This document shows positions 53,307 to 64,000 of a DNA stretch of 64,000 nucleotides, piece after piece (position 1 is the stretch's first letter; every line of letters starts with the position of its first letter). The notes under the pieces were generated by a model that was not told where the DNA came from, ran no database searches, and saw nothing but the letters and a program-made list of their open reading frames with translations. The DNA is taken from NCBI RefSeq assembly GCF_018977255.1, contig NW_024704742.1, forward strand, positions 109,060,001 to 109,124,000, given 5' to 3'. This DNA is from Callorhinchus milii (taxonomy: Eukaryota). Position numbers and translations under genes: made by a program.

Positions 53307-53627
53307 GGAGTCCTGTAGCTCGGTGGTTAGAGCACTTGCTTTGCAAGCGAGAGACCTGAGTTCAATTCCAGGCAGGGCGAAACCTTGGGCAAGTTTCCTT
53401 ACTCCACACACCTAATAATAATCCCTCCAAAACCGAAAACAATAATAAATTGGTCATTTTCAATCTACGACTGTTTGTGGGACATTGCTGTGCCCAATTG
53501 GCTGCCGCGTTCGCCCACAAATATACAATCAATTCACTTTACGGTGTGTTCTGTGAAGCGCTTTGGGACGTCCTCCCGACGTGAAAAGCGCTATATCAAA
53601 TGCAAGGATTATTATTATTATTATTAT
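53307..53627 (+). mobile_element. Young short-form tRNA SINE in an RFESD intron
   Basis: Near-identical to the 38543-38865 copy. Confidence 0.9.
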
Positions 53628-53809
53628 GACTACATGACCACCAAGAACTAGATTGAGATGGTCCAATCCCATCTCATGTAGGACCATAACAGAACTAAAG
53701 AAAGGAGGACAGGAGAAGATCACCATGTTAAGTCCAGGCCCCAGCAGTGCTGCAACATGGCTAAATAGCAACTCTGTGCAAAATCAGATATTTCTATTAA
53801 CAAATTTAC

Positions 53810-53844
53810 CTCAATTTCTCCAAGGTGTAAAGGTCCTCCTGCAT
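53810..53844 (-). CDS. RFESD: RFESD coding exon 2 (35 nt)
   Basis: ctccccag|AT GCA GGA GGA CCT TTA CAC CTT GGA GAA ATT GAG|gtaaat gives (H)AGGPLHLGEIE and completes the Rieske C-x-H motif. Phases fit both neighbouring exons. Confidence 0.92.
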
Positions 53845-55529
53845 CTGGGGAGAAAATCATATGCAATTATTACTTTTTTCAGCCATTTTTTCAGGGTTGG
53901 GTGGGTGGTAGGAGATAAGCAGGGTCTCCAAGGAGCTGAGTTGGCTTCAAGGTGATGTACTTGGCAAGTAAATGTAAGAATCGAGTCAATCCTCTGTTGC
54001 AGTCTTGACAGTCCTCTTACTGAGCCAGGCAGGTCCACAGTATTCTAGGGCATTGCTGATGATAGACCAGCCAGACTGGCTCTTTGACAGAACTTGGAGG
54101 GACAGAGCAGCTACTGGGGGCAGGAGATTCTCCCACTCAGCTCCTTTTAACCCTAAAACCAAAGTATTACTAGGTAGGGTGGTCCTAGCTTTCCAGGCAA
54201 TGGGAAGCTTGCTAAACAGTGTTCTCCATGGCAAGCTATGCAGCTTTAGCTAATTAAACTCTAGCAGTACCCCAATGTACATTCTGTGGTTCCCAAGTCT
54301 TTGTTCTTGGGAGTCCTGTAGCTCAGTGGACCTGGGTTTGATTACTTACTCCACATGCCACTGTTTACCTAGCAGTAAGTAGGAACCCAATTGTTTGTCA
54401 ATTGGTGGATCGCTTTTCCGAGAGTAATAATCGCTTTTTAAAAAAAACGTTGATAATAATTTGGTCACTCAATCCACGTCTATTTGTGGGATACTGCTGC
54501 CCGCAATTGGTTCAAGTTAGGCCACGGGCACTGGGCGAAGTCGATTTTCTGCTTGTGCCGCTTCCACAATTCAAACACTCTCCGCGCTGCGCATGCGTGA
54601 CCGGAGCCCACTCCACCCACAGCAGCAGCGTCGAGCAGCCTATCTTTTAACATTGACAATGAAAGATACTGTGAAAGTGTGCTCGCAATTGTTAGGTGGC
54701 TGGATTACCGAGGTGACCTCAAACCAGATTTCTACTATATCAACATGGGAGACCTCAGTGATCTGATCACCTTGCCAATCATATAATCCCATTCCTCCCC
54801 CATAAAAACAATACACTACATGCAGTAACTGAAAGTACATCATTTACTAAACTACACAGATAATAAGCAAATATATTAGATCCTGTAACTTTAATGATCT
54901 GCATTTTTGAATCGGGGGCATGATTTGAAAGAGTTTTCCTGTGCTATAATACTACCTTATCCATTAACACAAAGCATATGAAGCAATAATTTCTCTGCAC
55001 AAACATCCTTCACAAAAGCAATGGATGCCAATATTGGAAACAGAAGTGTATTATGTGTGTGGTTGTGTGAGAGAGGGAGAGAACCTTAAACAAAAACTTC
55101 CTTGTTCCTAGATGTCACCACACTTTGCAGTTTAGACAGTACATTTATATGTAAAGATGTGAGGATTGATCTAAGTGGCAACATTTCAGATGCTTTCTAA
55201 TCCAGTCTGGCAGAAGTTATCCTAAAATGTAGCTATCAACTAAGATAATGGTCCTGGAGCATTTCAACCATTTCTCTGAAGTGACCACAAGACAACCCTA
55301 TTATAACGCAGTTGTTTGGGTCCAGAAATTCAAAACCATGTTATATACATGCTAAAAAATGACCATCTTTCAAGTTGTCAGGTTGCCAATGCCATTGCTT
55401 CCTGCATGTTGGATGTGCAGCCATGCATGCTATGTGCATGAAGCATTGCTGACATCAATTCTTGCACATTTCACATGTGCAATGCACAGGAAGCACGCTG
55501 GGATTCTATCCTGCTTGAAGGGCACTGTA

Positions 55530-55742
55530 TAACAACAACATCAACAACAAGATTCCATTTATAGAGCGTCTTTCACGTCGGGAGGACGTCCCAAGGCGCT
55601 GTGCAGTTGGGTCAGGACCCGAGCAGGGGGGAAATGGTCAGGGGGAGGGAAGGGAGGGAGCGAGGAGGGGGTAAAGAGTCGAGAGGGGAGCTGAAGGCAC
55701 GGTCAAAGAGAAAGGTCTTGAGACAGGCCTTGCAGGAGGAAA
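55530..55742 (-). mobile_element. Young L2 3'UTR fragment
   Basis: Matches about 50340-50547 in reverse complement. Confidence 0.85.
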
Positions 55743-55971
55743 TGCAAGTTGTTGTTGCTATCTTTGTTAATTTATGACATCAGTGTTTCCTGCCTATATT
55801 GAGCAAGAAGCAGTGACCTAATGACCCAAAAGCCACCCATTTTCTAGCAGCTGGAGCCAGGTGTCCAATGCTGGTCCATCGTACATTGTAAGTGGACCCA
55901 TGTTATACTAGGATGCATTTTGACAGGGATGCCCTGTAGTTGATGTTACCTCAACTGCTGTCACTACTTAC

Positions 55972-56125
55972 GATAACAGCGCAAGTCCATTGCATAAAAA
56001 TTCCCACTATGATAGAAAATTGCAACTTCTCTGCCGTCAACAACAGTTGTTAGCCTTTTACATTGCTTGAGATCTTTCTCACTTCCTACACAAACTGAAG
56101 AGTCAGCCACTGAAGAAGAAGCCAT
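55972..56125 (-). CDS. RFESD: RFESD coding exon 1 (exon starts at 56134 with 9 nt of 5'UTR)
   Basis: Encodes [51 protein letters not shown], matching the vertebrate RFESD N-terminus. Acceptor ttttttatcag| at 56135, donor C|gtaagt at 55971, phase 1. Confidence 0.93.
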
Positions 56126-57612
56126 ATCGACACCCTGATAAAAAAAGATATAGTAGGTGTTAGGATCAGTAAACTCCTCAGATGAACACACGTTTTGATA
56201 TGTTAGATATCTGATTATGCATATTAATTAGCAAATGGAACCAGCCCCATTGTGGATATGCAATCAATGCAGATAATTGGATATCATTCAAATATAAATT
56301 GACTATAGTGCTAATTAAAATATTACAAATACAGTCACAACACTTTACAGCATTTCTCGTAGAGTGCTTTGTGACGTCTTGACAATGTGATAAGGTGCCG
56401 TACCAAAATACAAGGATTATATTATTGCATTAGATGCCATACTGTAGTTGGATACCCTGCCAATCCTCATCTTTTCTGGTTCTCTTTCTCTCACTCTGTG
56501 TCTCTCGAGAATTCTCTAAGTTTCTGTCCCTTTCTGCAATTTTGTTTTCTACCTCTTTCTCTACACTATATAAAAGACATACTTTTTCACAACTTCAAAA
56601 GATCCAGTTGTGCAGTTACTTTAGAATCTTACTATACATTTAATTGTATCCTTATTAACCTCACACACAATTAAAATCAGTGTATTTTTCCTCTGGAGAA
56701 GGTGATCTTATTCCCAGTGCCTTGGGACTTCCTCCCGACGTGAAAAGGCGCTATACAAATGTAATGTTGTTGTTGTTGTCGTTGCGATGCAACTGGCATT
56801 CAGAATTATCGCGTAAGATCTCTCTACAATGTAATAATCCTTGCCTTTGACATAGCGCCTTATTACATTTAAAACAGTATAGTGATCAGCTTAGGATTTC
56901 TTATTTAAAGATGCATTTTGAATGAATACTATGATGAACTTTTCTGTCAAAACCTATCTATTTTATATATATTAAAAAAAATCTGACTCACTGAGTTTCT
57001 GGTATTAGCTTCTGCTGTCTCTAAACTTAACACTAGGTGCTGCTGTAACTAACGGATTAATCAGAATACNTTTTTTAGCTGTTGCATTCAAACAACTTGG
57101 AAAAAGAGCAGGATCTGAGTTGTGCACATCAAACTTACTTAGAATTTCCTCATTCAAAGAAATATTTCAGGTCTAGGCTTTATTCTCGAGTATCCCAGGG
57201 AAACGTACCCTCCTGCATCTATGCTGGAAACATCAGAGATCCAAGATCAGGTTGTGCCCACGCACAATCCAACAAAACCGATATTTACTAAAATATTGGT
57301 TTCAAGAAGCATCAATTTTAAAGGTTAAAAATTACAACAGGCAAAAGTCTGAACATACAGTCCCTAATATCATTAATTAGGAGTAATGATCACTCGTTTG
57401 ACTAGGGAGAAAATATAATAATCCTTGCATTTGATATGAAACCAGTGTCCAATGGTTGTAACTCCTGCTTTATCTGCTTGCCATAGTTCCTTACATTATA
57501 ATTATTATTATTATTATTATTATTATGCCAGTCCAAACATTTGCCTGATTAACAACAATAAAATTACATTTGTAGAGTGCCTTTCACGTCGGGAGGATGT
57601 CCCAACACTGTA

Positions 57613-58390
57613 TAACAACAACAACAAGATTCCATTTATAAAGCGCCTTTCACGTCAGGAGGACGTCCCAAGGCGCTGCACAGTTGGGTCATGACCCGAG
57701 CAGGGGGGAAATGGTCAGGGTGAGGGGAGGGAAGGGAGGGAGCGAGGAGGGGGAAGAGAGTCGAGAGGGGAGCTGAAGGCACGGTCAAAGAGAAAGGTCT
57801 TGAGACCGGCCTTGAAGGAGGAAAGGGAGGAGGCGGCGAAGGCACTGGGGGAATGGAGTTCCAGAGCCTCGGGGCTGAGAGGCTGAAGGCCCGACCACCG
57901 ATGGTAGGGCGATTGGGGCGGGGGATGTGGAGCAGACTGGAGCCAGAGGAACGGAGGGTACGGGCAGGTAGGTAGGGGGATAGTAGGTCGGAGAGGTAGG
58001 AGGGAGCGAGGCCGTGAATGGCCTTGTAGGTGAGGATGAGGATCTTGAATTCGATCCTCTGGGGGATGGGGAGCCAGTGGAGGCGAGCGAGGGTGGGAGT
58101 GATGTGGTCCCGAAGCCTGGTGCGGGACATTACACGAGCCGCAGAGTTCTGAATGACCTGCAGTGTGGAGGGAGGTGGCGGGAAGGCCGGCGAGGAGAGG
58201 GTTCCCATAGTCCAGCCTTGAGGTGATAAAGGCGTGGACCAGGGTTTCAGCAGAGTGAGGGGTGAGGTAGTGCCGTAGTCTGGCGATGTTCCGGAGGTGA
58301 TGGAAGGCGGTGCCAGTTGTGGTGCGGATGTGAGGGAGAAAGGACAGCTCAGGGTTCCTGACTGCCTTTGAGAGGTGGCGGCGCCTGAGG
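57613..58390 (-). mobile_element. Young L2 3' fragment, near-identical to 49663-50547
   Basis: Same peptide and 3'UTR on the minus strand, with small deletions. Confidence 0.92.
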
Positions 58391-58599
58391 TGCATTCAGC
58401 CGCTGTGCCGAGGGTCTGGAGTGTCTGGCCCGTCTTCAAGTCACACCTGAAGACTTTCCTCTTTGCCTTCAGTCGCTGCCTCTCTTTCCAGCTCACAGTC
58501 AGACCACACAGCTGGTGGGTGCTCCTCCAGGCTGTCTGTGTAAAGACGGCCTTGTGAATGCAAGTTGTTGACATTGATGGTAAATCGTCTAGTTTTTAT

Positions 58600-59050
58600 T
58601 GGGACAAAAAAAGAAGTCCCGGATCACTGTGCTGGACTCTCCTGCCAACCAGACGCCAGAGGGACACTGCAGCCCAGCAATGGGATCATGTAACCGGGGG
58701 GGAGTGGGTTTCGCCCGCTGGCTTCACGTGACGCAGGAGCAGCCATCAGATGGCTGGAGGGGGGCTGTGATCACGTGACTCGAAGGGTGGGCGCGGGGGT
58801 GACCGTGACTGTCGTCACGTGACTGTATAACGTCCGCAGTCTCCATGACATATGGGTCCTGTTCCGTCACCCAGCCCGGGCGGACCGTGCGCTGTTTGAA
58901 AGCAGCTACTGAGACTCGAGCGCGAGGAGACGGGGACAAGTGCAGCAGCGCCCGGGGCTCGCGGCACCCTCCTCACCCTCTTGGACAGGCATCTCCAGTG
59001 CTGCACCGGCGCCGTTTAAAATACACGGGCAAAGGAGGGCAGGAAAAATA
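58600..59050. promoter_or_regulatory. CpG-rich island, probable RFESD promoter or non-coding first exon, with three TCACGTGAC E-boxes
   Basis: High GC and CpG in a CpG-poor background, about 2.5 kb upstream of the RFESD ATG exon. TCACGTGAC at 58724, 58771 and 58815. Candidate minus-strand donor GAGG|gtgagg at 58976. Confidence 0.7.
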
Positions 59051-59269
59051 GTCACCGTTGTTTCCTTTTTTTTCCCCCAATAACCTTGCTCAGGCTTGTG
59101 ACCTTTCATTCACTCAGTCACACCCACTCTCACAGCTCAAGCCATCAGTTTCCAGGAATGTAGAGGGATTGAGACATTGAGCTGCATTGACCCCCGCCCC
59201 CCCCATTAATTACGGTCATTGACTGGTGGCAACTCTATTGCAAATTCAGAATCAAAGTCACAATAATAC

Positions 59270-59628
59270 TAATAATAATCCTTGCATTTGATACAGAGCC
59301 TTATCACGTCTTCCAGATGTCTCAAAGCGCTTCACAGAATATACTGTAAAGTGAATTGACCGTATATTTGTGGGCGAAACACGGCAGCCAATTGTGCACT
59401 GCAGAGTCCCACAAACAGTCGTGGATTGCGGTGACCAAATTATTATTTTTTTGAGGAATTATTACTCCCGGAAAAGTGATCTGCCAATTAACTAACAACC
59501 GGATTCCTACTTACTGCTGGTAAACAGGCGTGTGGAGTAAGGAAACTTGCCCAACATTTCGCCCTACCGGGATCGAATCCAGGTCTCTCGCTTGCAAGGC
59601 AAGTGCTCTAACTTCTGAGCTATAGGAG
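59270..59628 (-). mobile_element. Long-form tRNA SINE
   Basis: Head, insert, core and tail all recognisable. Confidence 0.85.
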
Positions 59629-62600
59629 TCAGTCCACAATATACAGTATATATTTATATATAATAATCCTTGCATTCAATATGTAAACATATACATGATG
59701 TACATTTGCTTGTATTGTGAGAGTGTCAGCAAGTTTTATTGCCTTTTCACATCTTGCCACTTGTCTCAAAGCGCTTCACAGAATGTACTGTAAAGGGTAT
59801 TGAGTATATTTTGTGGGAGAAACGCGGCAGCTAATTGTGCACAGCAGTGTCCACAAACAAGCAAGTAGCGTCGTATATTTTATTTTGTGAAAAGGAAAAT
59901 ATAGTTATAGTATTTAAATGAAAAGCTCTGCTTAATTTGCAGCTTTGCCTGGTTGTCAGGGTCACATCACATTTATAAATTCGGAAATCCTAATTTACTC
60001 TATACCAGCATCATCCAATAGAAATCGTTGATTACAACAACAGCTTACATTTGTGTAGCGCCCTTCATGCAGAGCAGCATCTCAGAGTGGTTAAAGTCAA
60101 AGGTTTGGCTACGGTGACACCATTTCAGCCATGTGCTCTAATTTTAGTGGAGAACGCTTTACATACACTCACACAATACAGGTAAATGTATTTCACATGT
60201 ATGTTTACATGGATATTTAATTAACAGACATCTACCACCATTCAATGCAAAACATTGCAGTCATTCCCCTTCATTTTTCTTTCTCAAGAAATGCCAGATC
60301 CACCCCTACTCTCCATCCATGCTTGGGATGTTGGATGCTGTTTGCCCTTTGCCATGATGTGCCCTGGAGGTGTTGGAGGTGCTCATTATTCCCTGGGCTT
60401 CCTTTCTCTGCTGGTCTGTAATTTCACCACATCTGGACTCCCAATTTGCCACATGTGGCTAGTGGCTAAGCTATTGGATATGCTTGATCTATAAACTATA
60501 AACATACAGAGATAGTTTTTTTTAGTAATTTTACCATTAAATATGCAAATTATTAATTAAAGCTTTGTGATTAATTGTACTGAGACAGCATTAGTTCTGA
60601 GCTCAATCACCACAAATAAAAAAATGGAAATTAATAACAGGCAATCAGCATTTGAAAGGATAGCGTTTGGGGTAAGACAGCTCATCAAAATTCAATGCTG
60701 AATGCTCCCCAATATAATTAATTGATCAGTTCATCTACTTAAATCCAAATAGATGACACAGTTACAATACAACAACAACCTGCATTTATATAGCTCCCCT
60801 CGCGCAGGGTAGCATCTTGGAGTGCATTTTTCCCATGGCATTATTTACGTTTAGTACAGAAATAGGATTGTGTTATATAAATCTAAAAAATGTTATTAGT
60901 TTGGGTTCATTTTACAGGTCGCTCAGCTTTTGATATTAGTCTAATATAAGTGAACCCTTTCCCTAATGTCAGCAGGAGCTAGACAAACCAGACACATTTA
61001 TAATAATTATAGCTCTCATCTGAAGTAACTTGCAGTTATGGTGAAAAACTAATCACACTGCAGTGGATATTTGATTGTGTATTCATTAACTCAGACTCCA
61101 CATAACTCCATCCAAGAGCTGTCATCTCAGGCCTCAGCGTTTCCTCATCAATTATTCGATGGACATCTGACTTCAGCATGGAGGGAGACCTATAATATAA
61201 TAAATAATAATAATTCTTGCATTTGACACAGCACCTGTCACATCATTCAGACATCTCAAAGTGCTTCACAGAATATATATAAATATATAATATATAAAGT
61301 GGATTGACTGTATTAGTGGGTGAAACGTGGCAGCCAATTACGAACAGCAGATACAGGGCAACCTGTAATGTGCCAGTCACCTTAATATTCTAGTGACCCA
61401 AGTCCAATGTCATGTACCATATTGGCTTAACACCAACTACTTAAAACAGGTCCTCATGTGATGGAGTTCAGCAAAGAGACATGTCAACAACAAAGCTAAC
61501 TCCACCTCAAGACTGCTGAGTGACAATTCAGTACAGACTGGAGTCCTATTTCACATCTACATTTCATTTTTAAAACAAATCTACCTTGTTGCCTTAGTCT
61601 GCATGATGTGGACCACATTTTATGCACCACAAGTTTAATCTCATATCAATTCTAGGGATTGTGGTGGACACCAACTTTTGTTTGGACACTGTTCTTTGGG
61701 ATTATGTTGAGAAGAGGTAAAAGGCACTCTAACTGTTCTCGTCTCTCTTCTATGGTAGTTCAAAATTATAATATAGTTCGAGAGCATAATGGTGAAAGAT
61801 TATTTCCATAGGCTGATGAATTGATCATAAAATATAATAAAGTAGAGATCATTACTAGAAGATTTATTTTACAAAACAGTTGATTAGGATGTGGAACTTG
61901 TTACCACTAGTGGCTATTGAAACAGTCAATTATATTTAATAGGAAATTAAGTAAATACATACAAAATGACCACATATAAAATGGATTCCAGAAAGAGAAG
62001 GTTAACGGATTTAGAAACCTCCAATGAAAATAAATGTACCACAAACCACAAAGGAAAACTTGCAGGGAGTTCCTGGTAGCTAGCATTCACCTAGTGACGG
62101 CTGAAACCTGTGCTTGTCAAATGTCGAACAACCAACTAGTTACTATACTCCTTGGGGGCAGGGGGAGGAGGAAAGTGGGGTCTCCTTGGAGCTGAGCTGG
62201 CTCCAAAGTGACATGTTTGGCAATGGAATAATGGAGTCGAGCCAACCCTCTGTCGGTCTCAGTAGTCCAGTTTCTGAGAGATGGGTCTGCAGTATTCCAG
62301 GGCACTGCTGATGACTGCATAGCATCCGGCTCATCAGCAGAACTTGGCAGGACAGACCAGTCATTGGGGGCAAGGAGGGTTCCCACTCAGCTCCTGCAAG
62401 CCAAAGCCCTAACAGATAGGGTGGTCCTAGCTGGACAAGCAATGGGAAAGCTTGCCAAACAGTGATAGCAATGGCAAACTATGTGGTTTAGCTGCTTAGC
62501 CCCCTTCAGTACCACAACGCACAGTCTGTGGTCCCCAAGTGGCTCTTACCACACCCCCTCACCCCCCTCCAGGGAGACAATGTGCAGTCCATTCCAACAA

Positions 62601-63736
62601 TTTATCTTAATAAATCATTCTCTTAAATTATCGTGAGACTGAACAATATTATGCCCAATAGATTTATAAGGACCTGATTGACTTCATACAGGAGAAACTT
62701 AGCTAATAGTTCAGGATAGAAAAAACATAAAATACATGCCTGTCCTGAAGCTCACTCCCTTTGATTGTCTTCAGCTCAGCTCAAGTATTGACTCTCCAAC
62801 CTTTTATACGTTACTTGGTTATCATAGTATGGATGGCTCTTGCATATGTACTCTTTATGTCACATATGCATTGATCTTTTAACAAAATGTCTTGTGTCTG
62901 TTTCCTGTTTTTCCCCCAAATCTTACCAAATTAAGTCATCCCATCATTTTAGTTCTGTATTTTCAGCAGTCTGTAGAGTTCCTTATGTCTAGTGATTAGT
63001 TCTGCAAATCAACAGCTGGTATCAGATAAACATTCCCACCCTTCCCTAGAATGGTTAATGACCATTCTGTGAAAAATTTTGGACCACACGGACCAGGGTT
63101 TTATTAGTATTCTGAAGCTAAATATATTAATCCTTTTAATTCCTTCTCAATTTACATTCAAACAGTAGGTGGGATGCATGGAATTCTCGTTGTGATTTGA
63201 AAAGCATGGTAATGGGTTTTCACATGTCAGACACCCGGCTGACCAAAAAAGGCACAATGGACCGAGCCAATCCCTCTGTGCTGATGTTTCTATAATGTAT
63301 TTCTCAAATGTATATTGTACCAGAGTGCAGGAAAGCTGAATTTCAGGTAGGTTGTTGAAAATAATAAACCATCTCACATGAAAGGTATTGTTTTTTCAGT
63401 TTTTGAAATTATCAAAAGGACATTCTGCACATGCATGTACATACATATATTTATATACTTTTTAAACCCCCAAAAATTTATATACATACAGTACATTTAT
63501 ATATTTAAAAGGTCACAACCTGGCAACCTGCCCATACCTGATTGGCTTTCGCTTTTATACAATAAGGTTCAGACTTGATTTCCATTTTAAATTGAATTTA
63601 TTTAGTAAAAATCCAGTGAGAATTGTATTTTATTACTCATACATCTAGATGCCATACAATTGTGTTTTGTTTAAATACAGCTACATAATTATTCTGGATA
63701 ATATCTTTCTGTACACACACCAAGCTTCATATAAGT

Positions 63737-64000
63737 GGAGTCCTACAGCTCAGTGGTTAGAGCACTCATTTTGCAAGCGACAGACCTGAGTTCAATTCCA
63801 GGCAGAGGGCGAAACCTTGGGCAAGTTTCCTTACTCCACACAGAGCCTAATAATAATCCCTCCAAAACCAAAAACAATAATAAATTGGTCATTTTCAATC
63901 TACGACTGTTTGTGGGACATTGCTGTGCGCAATTGGCTGCCGCGTTTGCCCACAAATATACAGTCAATTCACTTTACAGTCTATTCTGTGAAGCGCTTTG
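63737..64000 (+). mobile_element. Short-form tRNA SINE, cut by the window end
   Basis: Same head and core as the 38543 copy. Confidence 0.88.

Noticed and set aside
57070..57070. Single N base
   Set aside because: Assembly ambiguity, not biological.

Overview
Repeat-rich vertebrate genomic DNA, probably a cartilaginous fish (possibly holocephalan). This is inferred from the repeat content: tRNA-headed Deu-type SINEs with (ATT)n tails, L2 LINEs with (TTG)n tails, CR1 and a shark-type Penelope-like palindrome. Two spliced protein-coding genes lie on the minus strand. RFESD (Rieske Fe-S protein) is complete, with 3 coding exons at 56125-52459 giving 149 aa and a CpG-rich promoter near 58.6-59.05 kb. 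RHOBTB3 is present as its 5' part: start codon split AT|G across an intron, coding exons 21113-20885 and 9874-9682, later exons not found and probably beyond the window start. Nearly all other listed ORFs come from repeats or microsatellites. The most interesting signals are: (1) the RHOBTB3 5' splicing architecture, with a split ATG, a 381-nt adenosine-free UG/UC tract forcing a distal branch point, a complementary tract downstream and a candidate TATA-driven alternative first exon; (2) SINE subfamilies whose 3' stem-loop tracks the young L2; (3) a Lep1-like Helitron; (4) hammerhead-like cores in an inverted repeat; (5) nested foldback elements and an unclassified dispersed repeat. Repeat boundaries were estimated by eye and family names come from recalled similarity, not database searches.
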